A DNA stretch of 20,000 nt from the IMG/VR virus record IMGVR_UViG_3300028561_000554. One strand, given 5' to 3'. Numbering within the stretch: position 1 is the first letter of the stretch; each line of letters begins with the position of its first letter. The position numbers and the translations under genes are program-made. The stretch is from an uncultured virus (IMG/VR IMGVR_UViG_3300028561_000554) (Duplodnaviria; Heunggongvirae; Uroviricota; Caudoviricetes). Shown piece after piece: positions 8,460 through 16,434 of this stretch. Below the pieces are notes generated by a model. That model saw nothing but the letters and a program-made list of their open reading frames with translations, was not told the DNA's origin and searched no databases.

Positions 8460-8852
8460 ATGACGATTAATCAAAAGCTGAAAATCGACCAGATGAAAGA
8501 AAACGGTCAATCCCTGCAATCCATCAGCGAGGAACTTAATATATCCATTGGCACAATAAAATCATATTTATCCAGAAAAAGTTCTGCTGTGCGATGCGAA
8601 TATTGCAGACAGACCATTCACCAGACAAATCACGGTAAAAAGAAACGATTTTGCAGTGACCGCTGCCGCATAAATTGGTGGCGTGAGCATTGTGAAAGCT
8701 CCAATAATTCACTTGAAAAAATTTGTCCGATATGCAAGAAAAAATTCTTCTCATATCCAAGCAAGAGACAAATTTACTGCTCCAAAAAGTGTTCAGGAAA
8801 GGCAAGGTGGGCTGATGTATCGCAGAATTATGATGTATCAGATAATGGCTGA
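8460..8852 (+). CDS. Small HTH plus Zn-finger DNA-binding protein (type often annotated as sigma-24-like next to serine recombinases)
   Basis: GAGGGAGG RBS and ATG at 8460. HTH-like SLQSISEELNISIGTIKSYLSR, then Cys clusters CEYC, FCSDRC, CPIC and YCSKKC. Confidence 0.72.
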   Translation: MTINQKLKIDQMKENGQSLQSISEELNISIGTIKSYLSRKSSAVRCEYCRQTIHQTNHGKKKRFCSDRCRINWWREHCESSNNSLEKICPICKKKFFSYPSKRQIYCSKKCSGKARWADVSQNYDVSDNG

Positions 8853-8979
8853 TATTCTCAAAAGCTGGCTGAAATCCGGTGCGATTTCAAAAAAGGAATA
8901 CAACCAAATGAACACAAAAATAGCCGAAAAATACGGCATATCTTTGTCAGGTATATTCGTTGATAATTCTGCGGTTTAG
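8815..8979 (+). CDS. Small SHOCT-like protein upstream of the recombinase (54 aa)
   Basis: ATG at 8815 after AAGGTGG. YQIMADILKSWLKSGAISKKEYNQMNTKIAEKY fits the L...G.I(S/T)..EY pattern of short genes that precede clostridial serine recombinases. Confidence 0.65.
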   Translation: MYRRIMMYQIMADILKSWLKSGAISKKEYNQMNTKIAEKYGISLSGIFVDNSAV

Positions 8980-8988
8980 AGTTATTAT
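8960..8988 (+). promoter_or_regulatory. Candidate SigA promoter for the recombinase genes
   Basis: TTGATA (8960-8965), 17-nt spacer, TATTAT (8983-8988), upstream of an AAAGGAGAGG RBS and the ATG at 9012. Confidence 0.45.
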
Positions 8989-9011
8989 GGTAGCTGAAAG
9001 GAGAGGTTATC

Positions 9012-10331
9012 ATGCAGCGATCGATACAAAAAATTGAACCCTCTACAGCTTCCCTACCACAGCTGCTCAAAGTTGCGGCTTATGCACGAGTTTCCAGTGG
9101 AAAGGACGCAATGCTTCACTCTTTGTCAGCACAGGTCGGATACTACACTGAATTAATTCAAAGCAATCCAGAGTGGCGATTCTGCGGTGTTTACGCTGAT
9201 GAAGCACTGACAGGAACAAAGGATAATCGTGAGCAATTTCAAATAATGCTTGCGGAATGCAGAAAGGGAAACATCAATCTCATTATCACAAAATCTATCA
9301 GCAGATTTGCCCGAAATACCGTCACGCTTCTGGAAACTGTCAGAGAGCTGAAAGAGTTGGGAGTTGGCGTTCTGTTCGAGGAACAGAATATTCACAGTCT
9401 TTCTTCTGATGGAGAATTGATGCTTTCTATCCTTGCAAGCTACGCTCAGGAGGAAAGCTACTCCGCAAGCGAGAATCAGAAATGGCGGATTCGCAGGAAT
9501 TTTGAGGAAGGAAAAATCAGCAGTATCCGAATGCTCGGCTACAAAAGGACTCCCGATGGCAGTCTTGAAATCATTCCCGAAGAAGCAGAAACGGTACGGC
9601 TGATTTTCAACAGCTATCTGTCGGGAATGGGGAAACAGACTATTGCCAATATGCTGAACGAAATGCAGATTCCAACGATAAACGGCTGTGAATGGACGGC
9701 TGAGGACATCCGCAGGATTCTGAAAAATGAAAAGTATGCCGGGAATATGCTGCTGCAAAAGAAATTCCGTGAGAATCACCTGACCAAGAGAACGCTTAAA
9801 AACGACGGAAAATTGCCGCAGTATTTTGTAGAAGAATCTCATGAGCCGATTATTGAACAAGGTATTTTTGAAGCTGTTCAGAAGCATTTGCAGGATCAGA
9901 GAGAACACTATTCTGCATCAAAGCCTGCCGGGATTTATCCATTTACAGGCAAAATTCAATGCCAGTGCTGCGGTAAAAATTATCGTAGGAAAACAACTGC
10001 GACAGGTGTTGTCTGGATTTGCGCTACATACAACACAAAAGGCAAGAAGTACTGCCCAACAGCAAAGCAGATTCCCGAAAATACGTTGATTTCTGTTTGT
10101 TGCGAGGTGCTTGGAGTGGATAATTTCGATGCAGATATTTTTGAAAATCAGATTGAAAAGATTATTGTACCTGCACCAAATGAACTGATATTTATTTTTC
10201 ATGACGGACATCAGATTTTTGCGAACTGGAAAGACCGTTCACGTTCTGAAAGCTGGACAGATGAAATGAGAGAAAATGCCGCAAAAACCACAAAAGAAAG
10301 GCGATGGAAAAATGGCAAAGCAAATAACTAA
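9012..10331 (+). CDS. Large serine recombinase (resolvase, recombinase and Zn-ribbon domains)
   Basis: Catalytic motif VAAYARVSS, then GVYADE, ITKSISRFARN, AQEES, LKNEKYAG, HEPII, and a Zn ribbon GKIQCQCCG...WIC...YC. Confidence 0.95.
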   Translation: MQRSIQKIEPSTASLPQLLKVAAYARVSSGKDAMLHSLSAQVGYYTELIQSNPEWRFCGVYADEALTGTKDNREQFQIMLAECRKGNINLIITKSISRFARNTVTLLETVRELKELGVGVLFEEQNIHSLSSDGELMLSILASYAQEESYSASENQKWRIRRNFEEGKISSIRMLGYKRTPDGSLEIIPEEAETVRLIFNSYLSGMGKQTIANMLNEMQIPTINGCEWTAEDIRRILKNEKYAGNMLLQKKFRENHLTKRTLKNDGKLPQYFVEESHEPIIEQGIFEAVQKHLQDQREHYSASKPAGIYPFTGKIQCQCCGKNYRRKTTATGVVWICATYNTKGKKYCPTAKQIPENTLISVCCEVLGVDNFDADIFENQIEKIIVPAPNELIFIFHDGHQIFANWKDRSRSESWTDEMRENAAKTTKERRWKNGKANN

Positions 10332-10527
10332 AATTCCTCCAAGGCTGAATCCTGCCACTTTTGTACCAATTGAAAGTATCACAAAACGCAGAGTTGCAGG
10401 CTACGCACGAGTTTCAACCGATTCTGAGGAACAGAAAACCTCCTACGCTGCACAGGTGGATTATTACACCAAGTACATCAAAAGCAGAGCCGACTGGGAG
10501 TTTGTTGGTGTTTACACTGATGCTTAG
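10312..10527 (+). pseudogene. Second large serine recombinase, truncated after 71 aa
   Basis: ATG at 10312 overlaps the end of the previous gene. RRVAGYARVSTDSEEQKTSYAAQVDYY...WEFVGVYTDA-stop ends where the family continues D-E-G-x-S-G. I see no continuation in the other frames. Confidence 0.88.
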
Positions 10528-10528
10528 A

Positions 10529-10623
10529 CTCCCTATTGAATACAATAAAACGAAAGGTCAACCGCCGAAAAACACGCAGAATTGCGACATTTTCGGTAGT
10601 TGACCTTATTTTGTTATTGGGAG
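10529..10623. repeat. Long imperfect inverted repeat / stem-loop directly after the recombinase breakpoint
   Basis: aaggtcaaccgccgaaaa (10554-10571) pairs with ttttcggtagttgacctt (10590-10607) at 16 of 18 positions. Inner hairpin cgca-gaat-tgcg; outer arms caataa/ttattg and ctccc/gggag. Confidence 0.8.
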
Positions 10624-10671
10624 CGTCCGGTTCGGATGCTGATAGGTGATCTCTCACTCTCGAATGAAAGG

Positions 10672-10882
10672 TTTTCCACAAACAACACTATGCAAATGAA
10701 AGGTCAGGCTTTCATTTGAAAGTGCAGGAGCTTTTATTTGAGGGTGCAACCACCAATCATTTTCTTAGTGTTGTTTGTGTAGAAATTGCCGCAGGTATGA
10801 GAAAAATGAACTGTTAGTTTCGTTACAGAATTTTCCACAAACATCACTATGCAAATGAAAGGTAGGCTTTTGTTTGAAAGTG
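10672..10882. repeat. Repeat cluster: two ~52-nt direct repeats (10672-10724, 10831-10882) flanking a partial inverted copy (10757-10785)
   Basis: ttttccacaaacaacactatgcaaatgaaaggtcaggctttcatttgaaagtg versus ttttccacaaacatcactatgcaaatgaaaggt-aggcttttgtttgaaagtg. The reverse complement of 10757-10785 is tttctacacaaacaacactaagaaaatga. Confidence 0.9.
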
Positions 10883-11122
10883 TAAAGTGAACGGGTGATG
10901 CGTTTGGTATGATGTTTCTATCAGAGAGTCATTTACAGGTGAGAGAAGAAAGGAATGGACTTGTTCTATTGGCACTACAATTTAATCGAATCTGCTTCGA
11001 TTCCGAACTTTTGTGCGCGTGCTCAACAATGGACATAGATGAACTATAGTCTCCTAGATATTTAGCTGTTTGTGTTATATGAATAATATGATGATATGGA
11101 TAAGCGCGGCCTCAGATCAACG

Positions 11123-11497
11123 CTATTTTATGTCAACTATTCCTAACCAGATCCTTAAGGCTTCAAGGTAATATTCTGCATAATCAGACTTTAAAATAGT
11201 ACAAATTGAATATAGGTTAACATTATTACACTCGTCAGGGGGGTAACAATTCGTGATCATAAACATAAGCCTGATTGTTTTAAGACTGGACTCTGTTTGC
11301 CACGACCGAGAAATTACATCTGTATTAATCCGCTTAAGCTTGAAGTCATAAATCTCATACATATGTTGTTTGCATACTTCATCAAGAAGCAGAAGATATA
11401 ACAATGCTTTTTCTTTACTTTCCTTGATAGCAAGTTCTTCAACATAATCAGTGTATTCATTTTCGTGGGTAAAGCTGTAAAAAACAATCAATTCCAT
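11123..11497 (-). CDS. DUF6075-like protein (family associated with clostridial mobile elements)
   Basis: Pattern F...HE...KALLYLL...IYDFK...I...WQTESSLKTIRL.F...YYLEALRI matches my recollection of the DUF6075 consensus. An AAGGAG RBS overlaps the upstream stop codon. Confidence 0.65.
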   Translation of the reverse strand: MELIVFYSFTHENEYTDYVEELAIKESKEKALLYLLLLDEVCKQHMYEIYDFKLKRINTDVISRSWQTESSLKTIRLMFMITNCYPPDECNNVNLYSICTILKSDYAEYYLEALRIWLGIVDIK

Positions 11498-11512
11498 GAT
11501 TTTCTTGTCTCC

Positions 11513-12445
11513 TTAAATATACGATTGATAAATATTACTTGAATTTGAACTATACTTACATCTAATGGAACACATTACATTCTTCCACCAAGGGATTTGT
11601 GATATTATTGAATCCTTGGATATACCCCCTGTTGATAAATAAGAGTCTATAGCACTTCTATACATCTTTGTTATATAATATAGATCTTCGTTGTCTGTTT
11701 CACGCCCAACAAGTTTTACACTATCAACCCCTATATCTATCAGCAAAGGAATGGCACAGATTGCACAATTACAACATGCATCTAAAATATTGCATTCATG
11801 TTCATCATGAACGAAATATGAATCTCGGCAAGTTACACCAACGTTTAGTTGTTCTCCATTATTATGGCAAAAATTACATGAACTCGAAATGTTTGAACAG
11901 CCATAACCTATAAACACTTCTATTTCCAATTCAGTACTCTTCTTCATTTCTTTGATTTCTTCAAGTTTCATTTGATCTGGAAGACAAACTCTTACCACAC
12001 CTAGTTCTGAAAGAAAACATAAGGTTTCTGTATTAAAGGCGCTAAGATAGCTTCCTGCAATAATAGGAGTAGTAATGCCTTCTTGCTTAAGGTAAATAAT
12101 GTTCCCAATATCCGAAACAATTAAGGCGTCAACCCCCATTTCGATGCCCATTAAAACATGCTGTAAATAACGTTTTCTCATAAAATCGTTGTCGCTATGT
12201 GACATATATTGGCAATTCACAGTATAATTAACGGCGACATTTTTAGAATGAGCATATTTCAATGTACGATAAAATTCAAGTGGAGATAATGTACTGTGCA
12301 CACCATGACTTGTAATTTGAGCTCTTGCCGAAAAAGACATGGTAGAAAACAAGTCATCATTCATCCCCATATATATTTCATCAGCTCCAGCACTTATTTG
12401 CCTTACGGCGGAATCAAATGAATTAACAGGAACCTTCATTTTCAT
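11513..12445 (-). CDS. Peptidase U32-family protein (Fe-S; UbiU/RlhA/TrhP-like putative hydroxylation factor)
   Basis: AGADEIYMG, GVDALIVSDIG, GVVRVCLP, EIEVFI..GCSNISSSC (CX6C, then X15 C), DACCNCAIC, IGVDSVKLVGR. Confidence 0.88.
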   Translation of the reverse strand: MKMKVPVNSFDSAVRQISAGADEIYMGMNDDLFSTMSFSARAQITSHGVHSTLSPLEFYRTLKYAHSKNVAVNYTVNCQYMSHSDNDFMRKRYLQHVLMGIEMGVDALIVSDIGNIIYLKQEGITTPIIAGSYLSAFNTETLCFLSELGVVRVCLPDQMKLEEIKEMKKSTELEIEVFIGYGCSNISSSCNFCHNNGEQLNVGVTCRDSYFVHDEHECNILDACCNCAICAIPLLIDIGVDSVKLVGRETDNEDLYYITKMYRSAIDSYLSTGGISKDSIISQIPWWKNVMCSIRCKYSSNSSNIYQSYI

Positions 12446-13282
12446 TTATATTCCCCCTTCAGATATTATACAATTAAAAGGATGCTCCTCTTTAAATCTT
12501 GATTGTCCGCATATTTGGTTTCCTCTAAGAATAAGTGGCGTTGGAAAATATTTGGCCGCATCATTCAAAAAGATATCACATTCTTCCCATTGGCTTGCGA
12601 GCGATATTTCTCTACTTTGGTCACATTTTACGTTATCGCATCTACATGCAGACGATAATCTTCGAATATAGCAGCTTCTTTGAATACCATATAGATAGAA
12701 TGCCTTATGAACAAAAATATCAATACCAGCATTCTTAACTTTAATTAAGCTATCCAAGGTGTTTGGTGTAATGTTGGTTTCCAGAGATATCACATTAAAT
12801 CGTTTATAAAATATAATCTTAATATCATCATAAATGTTGACCTGCTTTATCACATCTTGAACCGCTCTGCTCTCATTTGCATATATCAATTCTCCCCAAG
12901 GGGTAAAATCAAACGAAAAAACAAGTGTTCTTCCTAAGCATATTTTTCTTTTCGGATCAAGTTGATGAATGTAATATAGCATTCCAAGGTCGTTAACAAT
13001 GATTACGCTTTCATCAAATACTTCTTCTCGTAGCAACTGGTTTAATATGGCTTTCATTTCTAAGAGGTGCTGCTGGGGCACAAAAGGTGTCAGAATCCTT
13101 ATTTGCTTATTATTTTTCTTTTGTTCCTTTAAGAAATATAAAAATTGAGGATTCCGGATAATTCGAAAGAATTTTATAATACAGCTTTCATGCCCAATAC
13201 TAAATGAATTATACTTTTTATAATCGGCTGTGATGTCAAAATTAAAACGATCTATTCTCATTTCTGTAATTTTCATAATCAT
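12446..13282 (-). CDS. Divergent U32-like partner protein
   Basis: IGHESC, ILTPFV, IIVNDLGML, LGRTL, QRSC...CRCDNVKC, LILRGNQI. It abuts the U32 gene with no gap. Confidence 0.6.
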   Translation of the reverse strand: MIMKITEMRIDRFNFDITADYKKYNSFSIGHESCIIKFFRIIRNPQFLYFLKEQKKNNKQIRILTPFVPQQHLLEMKAILNQLLREEVFDESVIIVNDLGMLYYIHQLDPKRKICLGRTLVFSFDFTPWGELIYANESRAVQDVIKQVNIYDDIKIIFYKRFNVISLETNITPNTLDSLIKVKNAGIDIFVHKAFYLYGIQRSCYIRRLSSACRCDNVKCDQSREISLASQWEECDIFLNDAAKYFPTPLILRGNQICGQSRFKEEHPFNCIISEGGI

Positions 13283-13288
13283 TTTCCT

Positions 13289-15547
13289 TTAGGGAGAGGA
13301 GACGAGAAACCTATTGAGATATTGCCCCGTTTTAGAATCGTTACAGGAAAGAATGCCTTTGGGAACTCCTTGATAAACGATTCGACCTCCATTCTTGCCA
13401 CCGGAAGGTCCCATATCTATAATCCAATCAGACTGTAGCACAACTTCCATATTGTGTTCTACGACAATAAGTGTGTTTCCGTAGTTAACAATGCGGTTCA
13501 TCATAGCAATCAGTCTTTCCGTGTCCTTAAAATGAAGACCATGAGTAGGCTCATCGAAAATATAGATATTCCCCTTGTTGGTAATCTTTCCGGCAAGTTT
13601 CAGTCGTTGCAGCTCACCGCCTGAAAGTGTGCTAAGAGGTTGTCCAAGTGTAATATACTCAAGCCCAACTTCTTGAAGCATATTAAGCTTTTTCTTTATA
13701 GAAGGCTGATCAGAAAAGAATTCAATTGCTTCTGAAACAGTCATATCAAGGACATCCGCAATATTTGCGCCTTTAACTCTTTGCTTTAAAACAATATCAG
13801 TATAGCGTCTTCCACCACATTTATCACACGGAGTACGAATATCTCCCATAAAATGCATATCTGTGACAGTATATCCCAGTCCGTTACAATTTGGACAACT
13901 TCCGGAACTATTAAACGAAAAGGATGACGCATCAAATCCTGTTTTCTCGCTGTACAATTCTCTAATGTCATCAAACACTTTTGTATACGTTGCAGCATTT
14001 CCTCTCACAGTTGTTCCAACAGCACTTTGATCCACCACAATTGCTTTGGGGACACGTTCAATAAGAACATCTAAGAGCGTACTTTTACCTGCACCAGATA
14101 CACCAGTTATACTAACCATGATGTTTTTAGGAATAGAGACATCCAGATGCTGAACATTATTTCTGTTGATATCTTGTAATGTTATATAGCTTTTGGATTG
14201 ACGGACATCTGTTTTGAATCCTTTCAATGTTTGTTGAATACACTGTGCGGTTATGGATTCAGTATTATTTTTGAACTCGTCAACAGTACCGTCAAATACT
14301 ATCGTACCACCGTTTCTTCCAGCATCGGGGCCGATATCTATCACTGTGTCAGATGCTAGAATCATATCTCTATTATGCTCAATGACTAAAACTGTGTTTC
14401 CTGCATCCACCATACCACGAATGATTTTTTCCATTTTAATAATATCAATCGGGTGAAGCCCCGCGGTTGGTTCATCTAAAATATAAATCATATCATTCAG
14501 AGAGCATCCCAAAGCTTTGGCTAATTTAACTTTCTGTGCTTCACCACCAGAAAGTGTATGCGCAGATCGATTCAATGTGACATAAGAGAGTCCAACAGAG
14601 ATTAAATTCTTTAACGACTTTAATATTGGAGGAATCAAGACATCTTCAACATCACCATGTAATTCAGAAAGAGTATCATATAAATCTGAAATCTCCATAT
14701 TAACAAGTTCGCCGATTGTATACTTCCCCCCAATTTTCACATTTCTAACTTCTGATTTCAGTCTAGTACCATGACACTCAGGACAAAGTCCGGAAGTAAA
14801 GAATTGTGTATCATAATCGGCAGCCGATAAACCACGACTATCATTTTTACGCTTTATCATTCTGCTAATAATACCCTCATAGGAAAAACTTTGAACATGT
14901 CCTGGCTCATCATTCTGATAAACGAACGGCTTGCAGTAAAGAAGTTTATCCATTTCTTCTTCTGAAAAGTCTCTTAGTTTTTTGTCCATATCAAAATAAT
15001 TGATAGCACGAATTATATTCCAGTAACGTGACCCAACCTTCCATGTTTTATGCTTAACAGCACCTTCATTCAAAGAAAGATTATAGTCCAAGAGAATATT
15101 CAAATCCGGAGATAAGGCCTCGCCTAGTCCATTGCAAACCGGACATACTCCAAAAGCATTGTTAAACGAAAAATCAGCAGCTGAGAACATTCCGTCACCG
15201 GCACGGGAAAAGAGAAGTCTCAGATAAGAATATATGTCTGTATATGTTCCTACCGTAGAACGCGGTGTATTGGGAAAACTAGACTGGTCAATTACGATAC
15301 ACGGTGAAAGTCCCGTGATTTGCTGTACATCAACGTCACCAATCTTTGGGAAACTTCTTCTTGCATAGGAACTGAGTGATTCCAGAAATTCTTTTTGCGC
15401 CTGCGCATAGATAACATCAAAAACAAGAGAAGATTTTCCAGAACCCGATACACCAGTCACCGTAATCCACTGGTGCTTTTTAATATTAAGGCTGATATGC
15501 TTCAAATTGTTTTGGTAGGCATCTGTAATTGCAATATAATCATTCAT
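13289..15547 (-). CDS. UvrA-like ABC ATPase, class II (UvrA2/DrrC/Ecm16-type); putative self-resistance protein
   Basis: Two ABC cassettes (GVSGSGKSS / LSGGEAQ / YILDEP and GVSGAGKST / LSGGELQ / YIFDEP) and Zn ligands CPVC..CPEC and CPNC..CDKC. Only 752 aa; YLRLLFSRAG runs straight into FSFNN, so the UvrB-binding region is absent. Confidence 0.9.
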   Translation of the reverse strand: MNDYIAITDAYQNNLKHISLNIKKHQWITVTGVSGSGKSSLVFDVIYAQAQKEFLESLSSYARRSFPKIGDVDVQQITGLSPCIVIDQSSFPNTPRSTVGTYTDIYSYLRLLFSRAGDGMFSAADFSFNNAFGVCPVCNGLGEALSPDLNILLDYNLSLNEGAVKHKTWKVGSRYWNIIRAINYFDMDKKLRDFSEEEMDKLLYCKPFVYQNDEPGHVQSFSYEGIISRMIKRKNDSRGLSAADYDTQFFTSGLCPECHGTRLKSEVRNVKIGGKYTIGELVNMEISDLYDTLSELHGDVEDVLIPPILKSLKNLISVGLSYVTLNRSAHTLSGGEAQKVKLAKALGCSLNDMIYILDEPTAGLHPIDIIKMEKIIRGMVDAGNTVLVIEHNRDMILASDTVIDIGPDAGRNGGTIVFDGTVDEFKNNTESITAQCIQQTLKGFKTDVRQSKSYITLQDINRNNVQHLDVSIPKNIMVSITGVSGAGKSTLLDVLIERVPKAIVVDQSAVGTTVRGNAATYTKVFDDIRELYSEKTGFDASSFSFNSSGSCPNCNGLGYTVTDMHFMGDIRTPCDKCGGRRYTDIVLKQRVKGANIADVLDMTVSEAIEFFSDQPSIKKKLNMLQEVGLEYITLGQPLSTLSGGELQRLKLAGKITNKGNIYIFDEPTHGLHFKDTERLIAMMNRIVNYGNTLIVVEHNMEVVLQSDWIIDMGPSGGKNGGRIVYQGVPKGILSCNDSKTGQYLNRFLVSSP

Positions 15548-15562
15548 CTTTGCTTCTCCTTA

Positions 15563-16432
15563 TCAGTTTTTTATGAGTGTGCATCCTTGTGTGCCACCGA
15601 AACCAGGATTTATCAGCATAACGATCTCACCGTCTCGTATGATGCCACACTCACGGAAATAAAAGTAATGCAGAAAGCTGTCATGAGAATTCATATGCCC
15701 CGTATTCAGGATATTATTATCCAGAAACCGATCACGGGGATATTTCATCATGATAGCCAAAGCATCCCAAAATTTACGGTTAGAAGTGTGCGTAACAAAA
15801 TAATCAATGTTGGAGATTCCGCTTTTTTCCATGCAGCGATAAATCGCTTGCCGCATCATAGAAGCGTTTGCACTGCGAAAACGAAGAATATCTTCTTCCA
15901 ATGAGTTTTCACCATCTGGTGCAATCACTGTTGTTGAGATTTCATTCGCAAGAATTAAAGATCCATGTTCAGATTTCCCTAGAAGGACTGCTACAACAGC
16001 ATCTCCCATGATCGTTCCGAAAAAAACACGCTCCGTATCGGAGTAGGCTTTATCCGCTCCAATCACCAAAACGGTGTTATAAACATTTGCTTGAATCAAT
16101 CTACAGGCGATTTCAGTCGCTTTGTGCATAATGGCGCACGGCATTCCGCTCAGGCGAAATACAGGTATTCTGATGTTGTGTAACAACTGCTCACTTGTTT
16201 TGCAAATAAATGGCAACGAATGTGCAATCAGCACGCAGTCAGGTTTCTGGTGAATCCGACTATATGCCTCAGAAATCATATCCGAAAGCGGTCTGGCATT
16301 ATCTGTGGGAATCTGTGATAGTCCGATTTCACGCATTTGATGATGAGTTTCTGCGTTGCAAAATGAAGCTATATCTTCTACTGTGCGCACATGGTCACCT
16401 TTCACCAACGCATAGTCAAGTATACCTATCAT
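15563..16432 (-). CDS. 3-oxoacyl-ACP synthase III (FabH/KAS III)-like condensing or acyl-transfer enzyme
   Basis: Catalytic Cys in LSGMPCAI, then VLVIGADK, IMGDAVVAVLL, FVTHTSN, TGHMNSHD and MLINPGFGGTQG. Start placed at ATG 16432 (MIGILDY), 2 nt after the upstream stop. Confidence 0.8.
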   Translation of the reverse strand: MIGILDYALVKGDHVRTVEDIASFCNAETHHQMREIGLSQIPTDNARPLSDMISEAYSRIHQKPDCVLIAHSLPFICKTSEQLLHNIRIPVFRLSGMPCAIMHKATEIACRLIQANVYNTVLVIGADKAYSDTERVFFGTIMGDAVVAVLLGKSEHGSLILANEISTTVIAPDGENSLEEDILRFRSANASMMRQAIYRCMEKSGISNIDYFVTHTSNRKFWDALAIMMKYPRDRFLDNNILNTGHMNSHDSFLHYFYFRECGIIRDGEIVMLINPGFGGTQGCTLIKN

Positions 16433-16434
16433 AC

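Larger units (their letters stand above)
1..10527 (+). mobile_element. Prophage, right part: siphovirus-type tail, lysis and serine recombinase modules
   Basis: Co-oriented gene order of tape measure, distal tail, Gp37-like, tail/fibre genes, holin, endolysin and large serine recombinases. The left end lies outside the window; the right end is placed at the truncated recombinase. Confidence 0.9.

Noticed and set aside
9153..9908. 251-aa antisense ORF
   Set aside because: It lies wholly opposite the well-supported serine recombinase and has no recognisable motifs; treated as a shadow ORF, like the other short overlapping ORFs in the track.
10361..10681. Frameshifted continuation of the second recombinase (ORFs 10361..10603 and 10478..10681)
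   Set aside because: Neither translation has recombinase motifs beyond the breakpoint, and both run through the stem-loop region.
10672..10882. CRISPR array
   Set aside because: Only two direct copies of about 52 nt separated by about 106 nt that contains an inverted copy; no regular repeat-spacer period and no cas genes.
10984..11002. Small hairpin aatcgaa-tctgc-ttcgatt
   Set aside because: A 7-bp AT-rich stem without a U-tract; it could be chance, so no function is assigned.
10528..11122. Group II intron or IS interrupting the recombinase
   Set aside because: No GTGCG 5' end at the breakpoint, no RT or transposase ORF, and the recombinase does not resume within the window.
11513..12445. 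Collagenase/protease acting on the phage collagen-like fibre
   Set aside because: The U32 protease label is historical; characterised members with these Cys motifs are Fe-S hydroxylation factors. The gene also belongs to a different block from the phage.
13289..15547. Housekeeping nucleotide excision repair uvrA
   Set aside because: Too short, lacks the UvrB-binding region, and sits inside a biosynthetic operon with no uvrB or uvrC.
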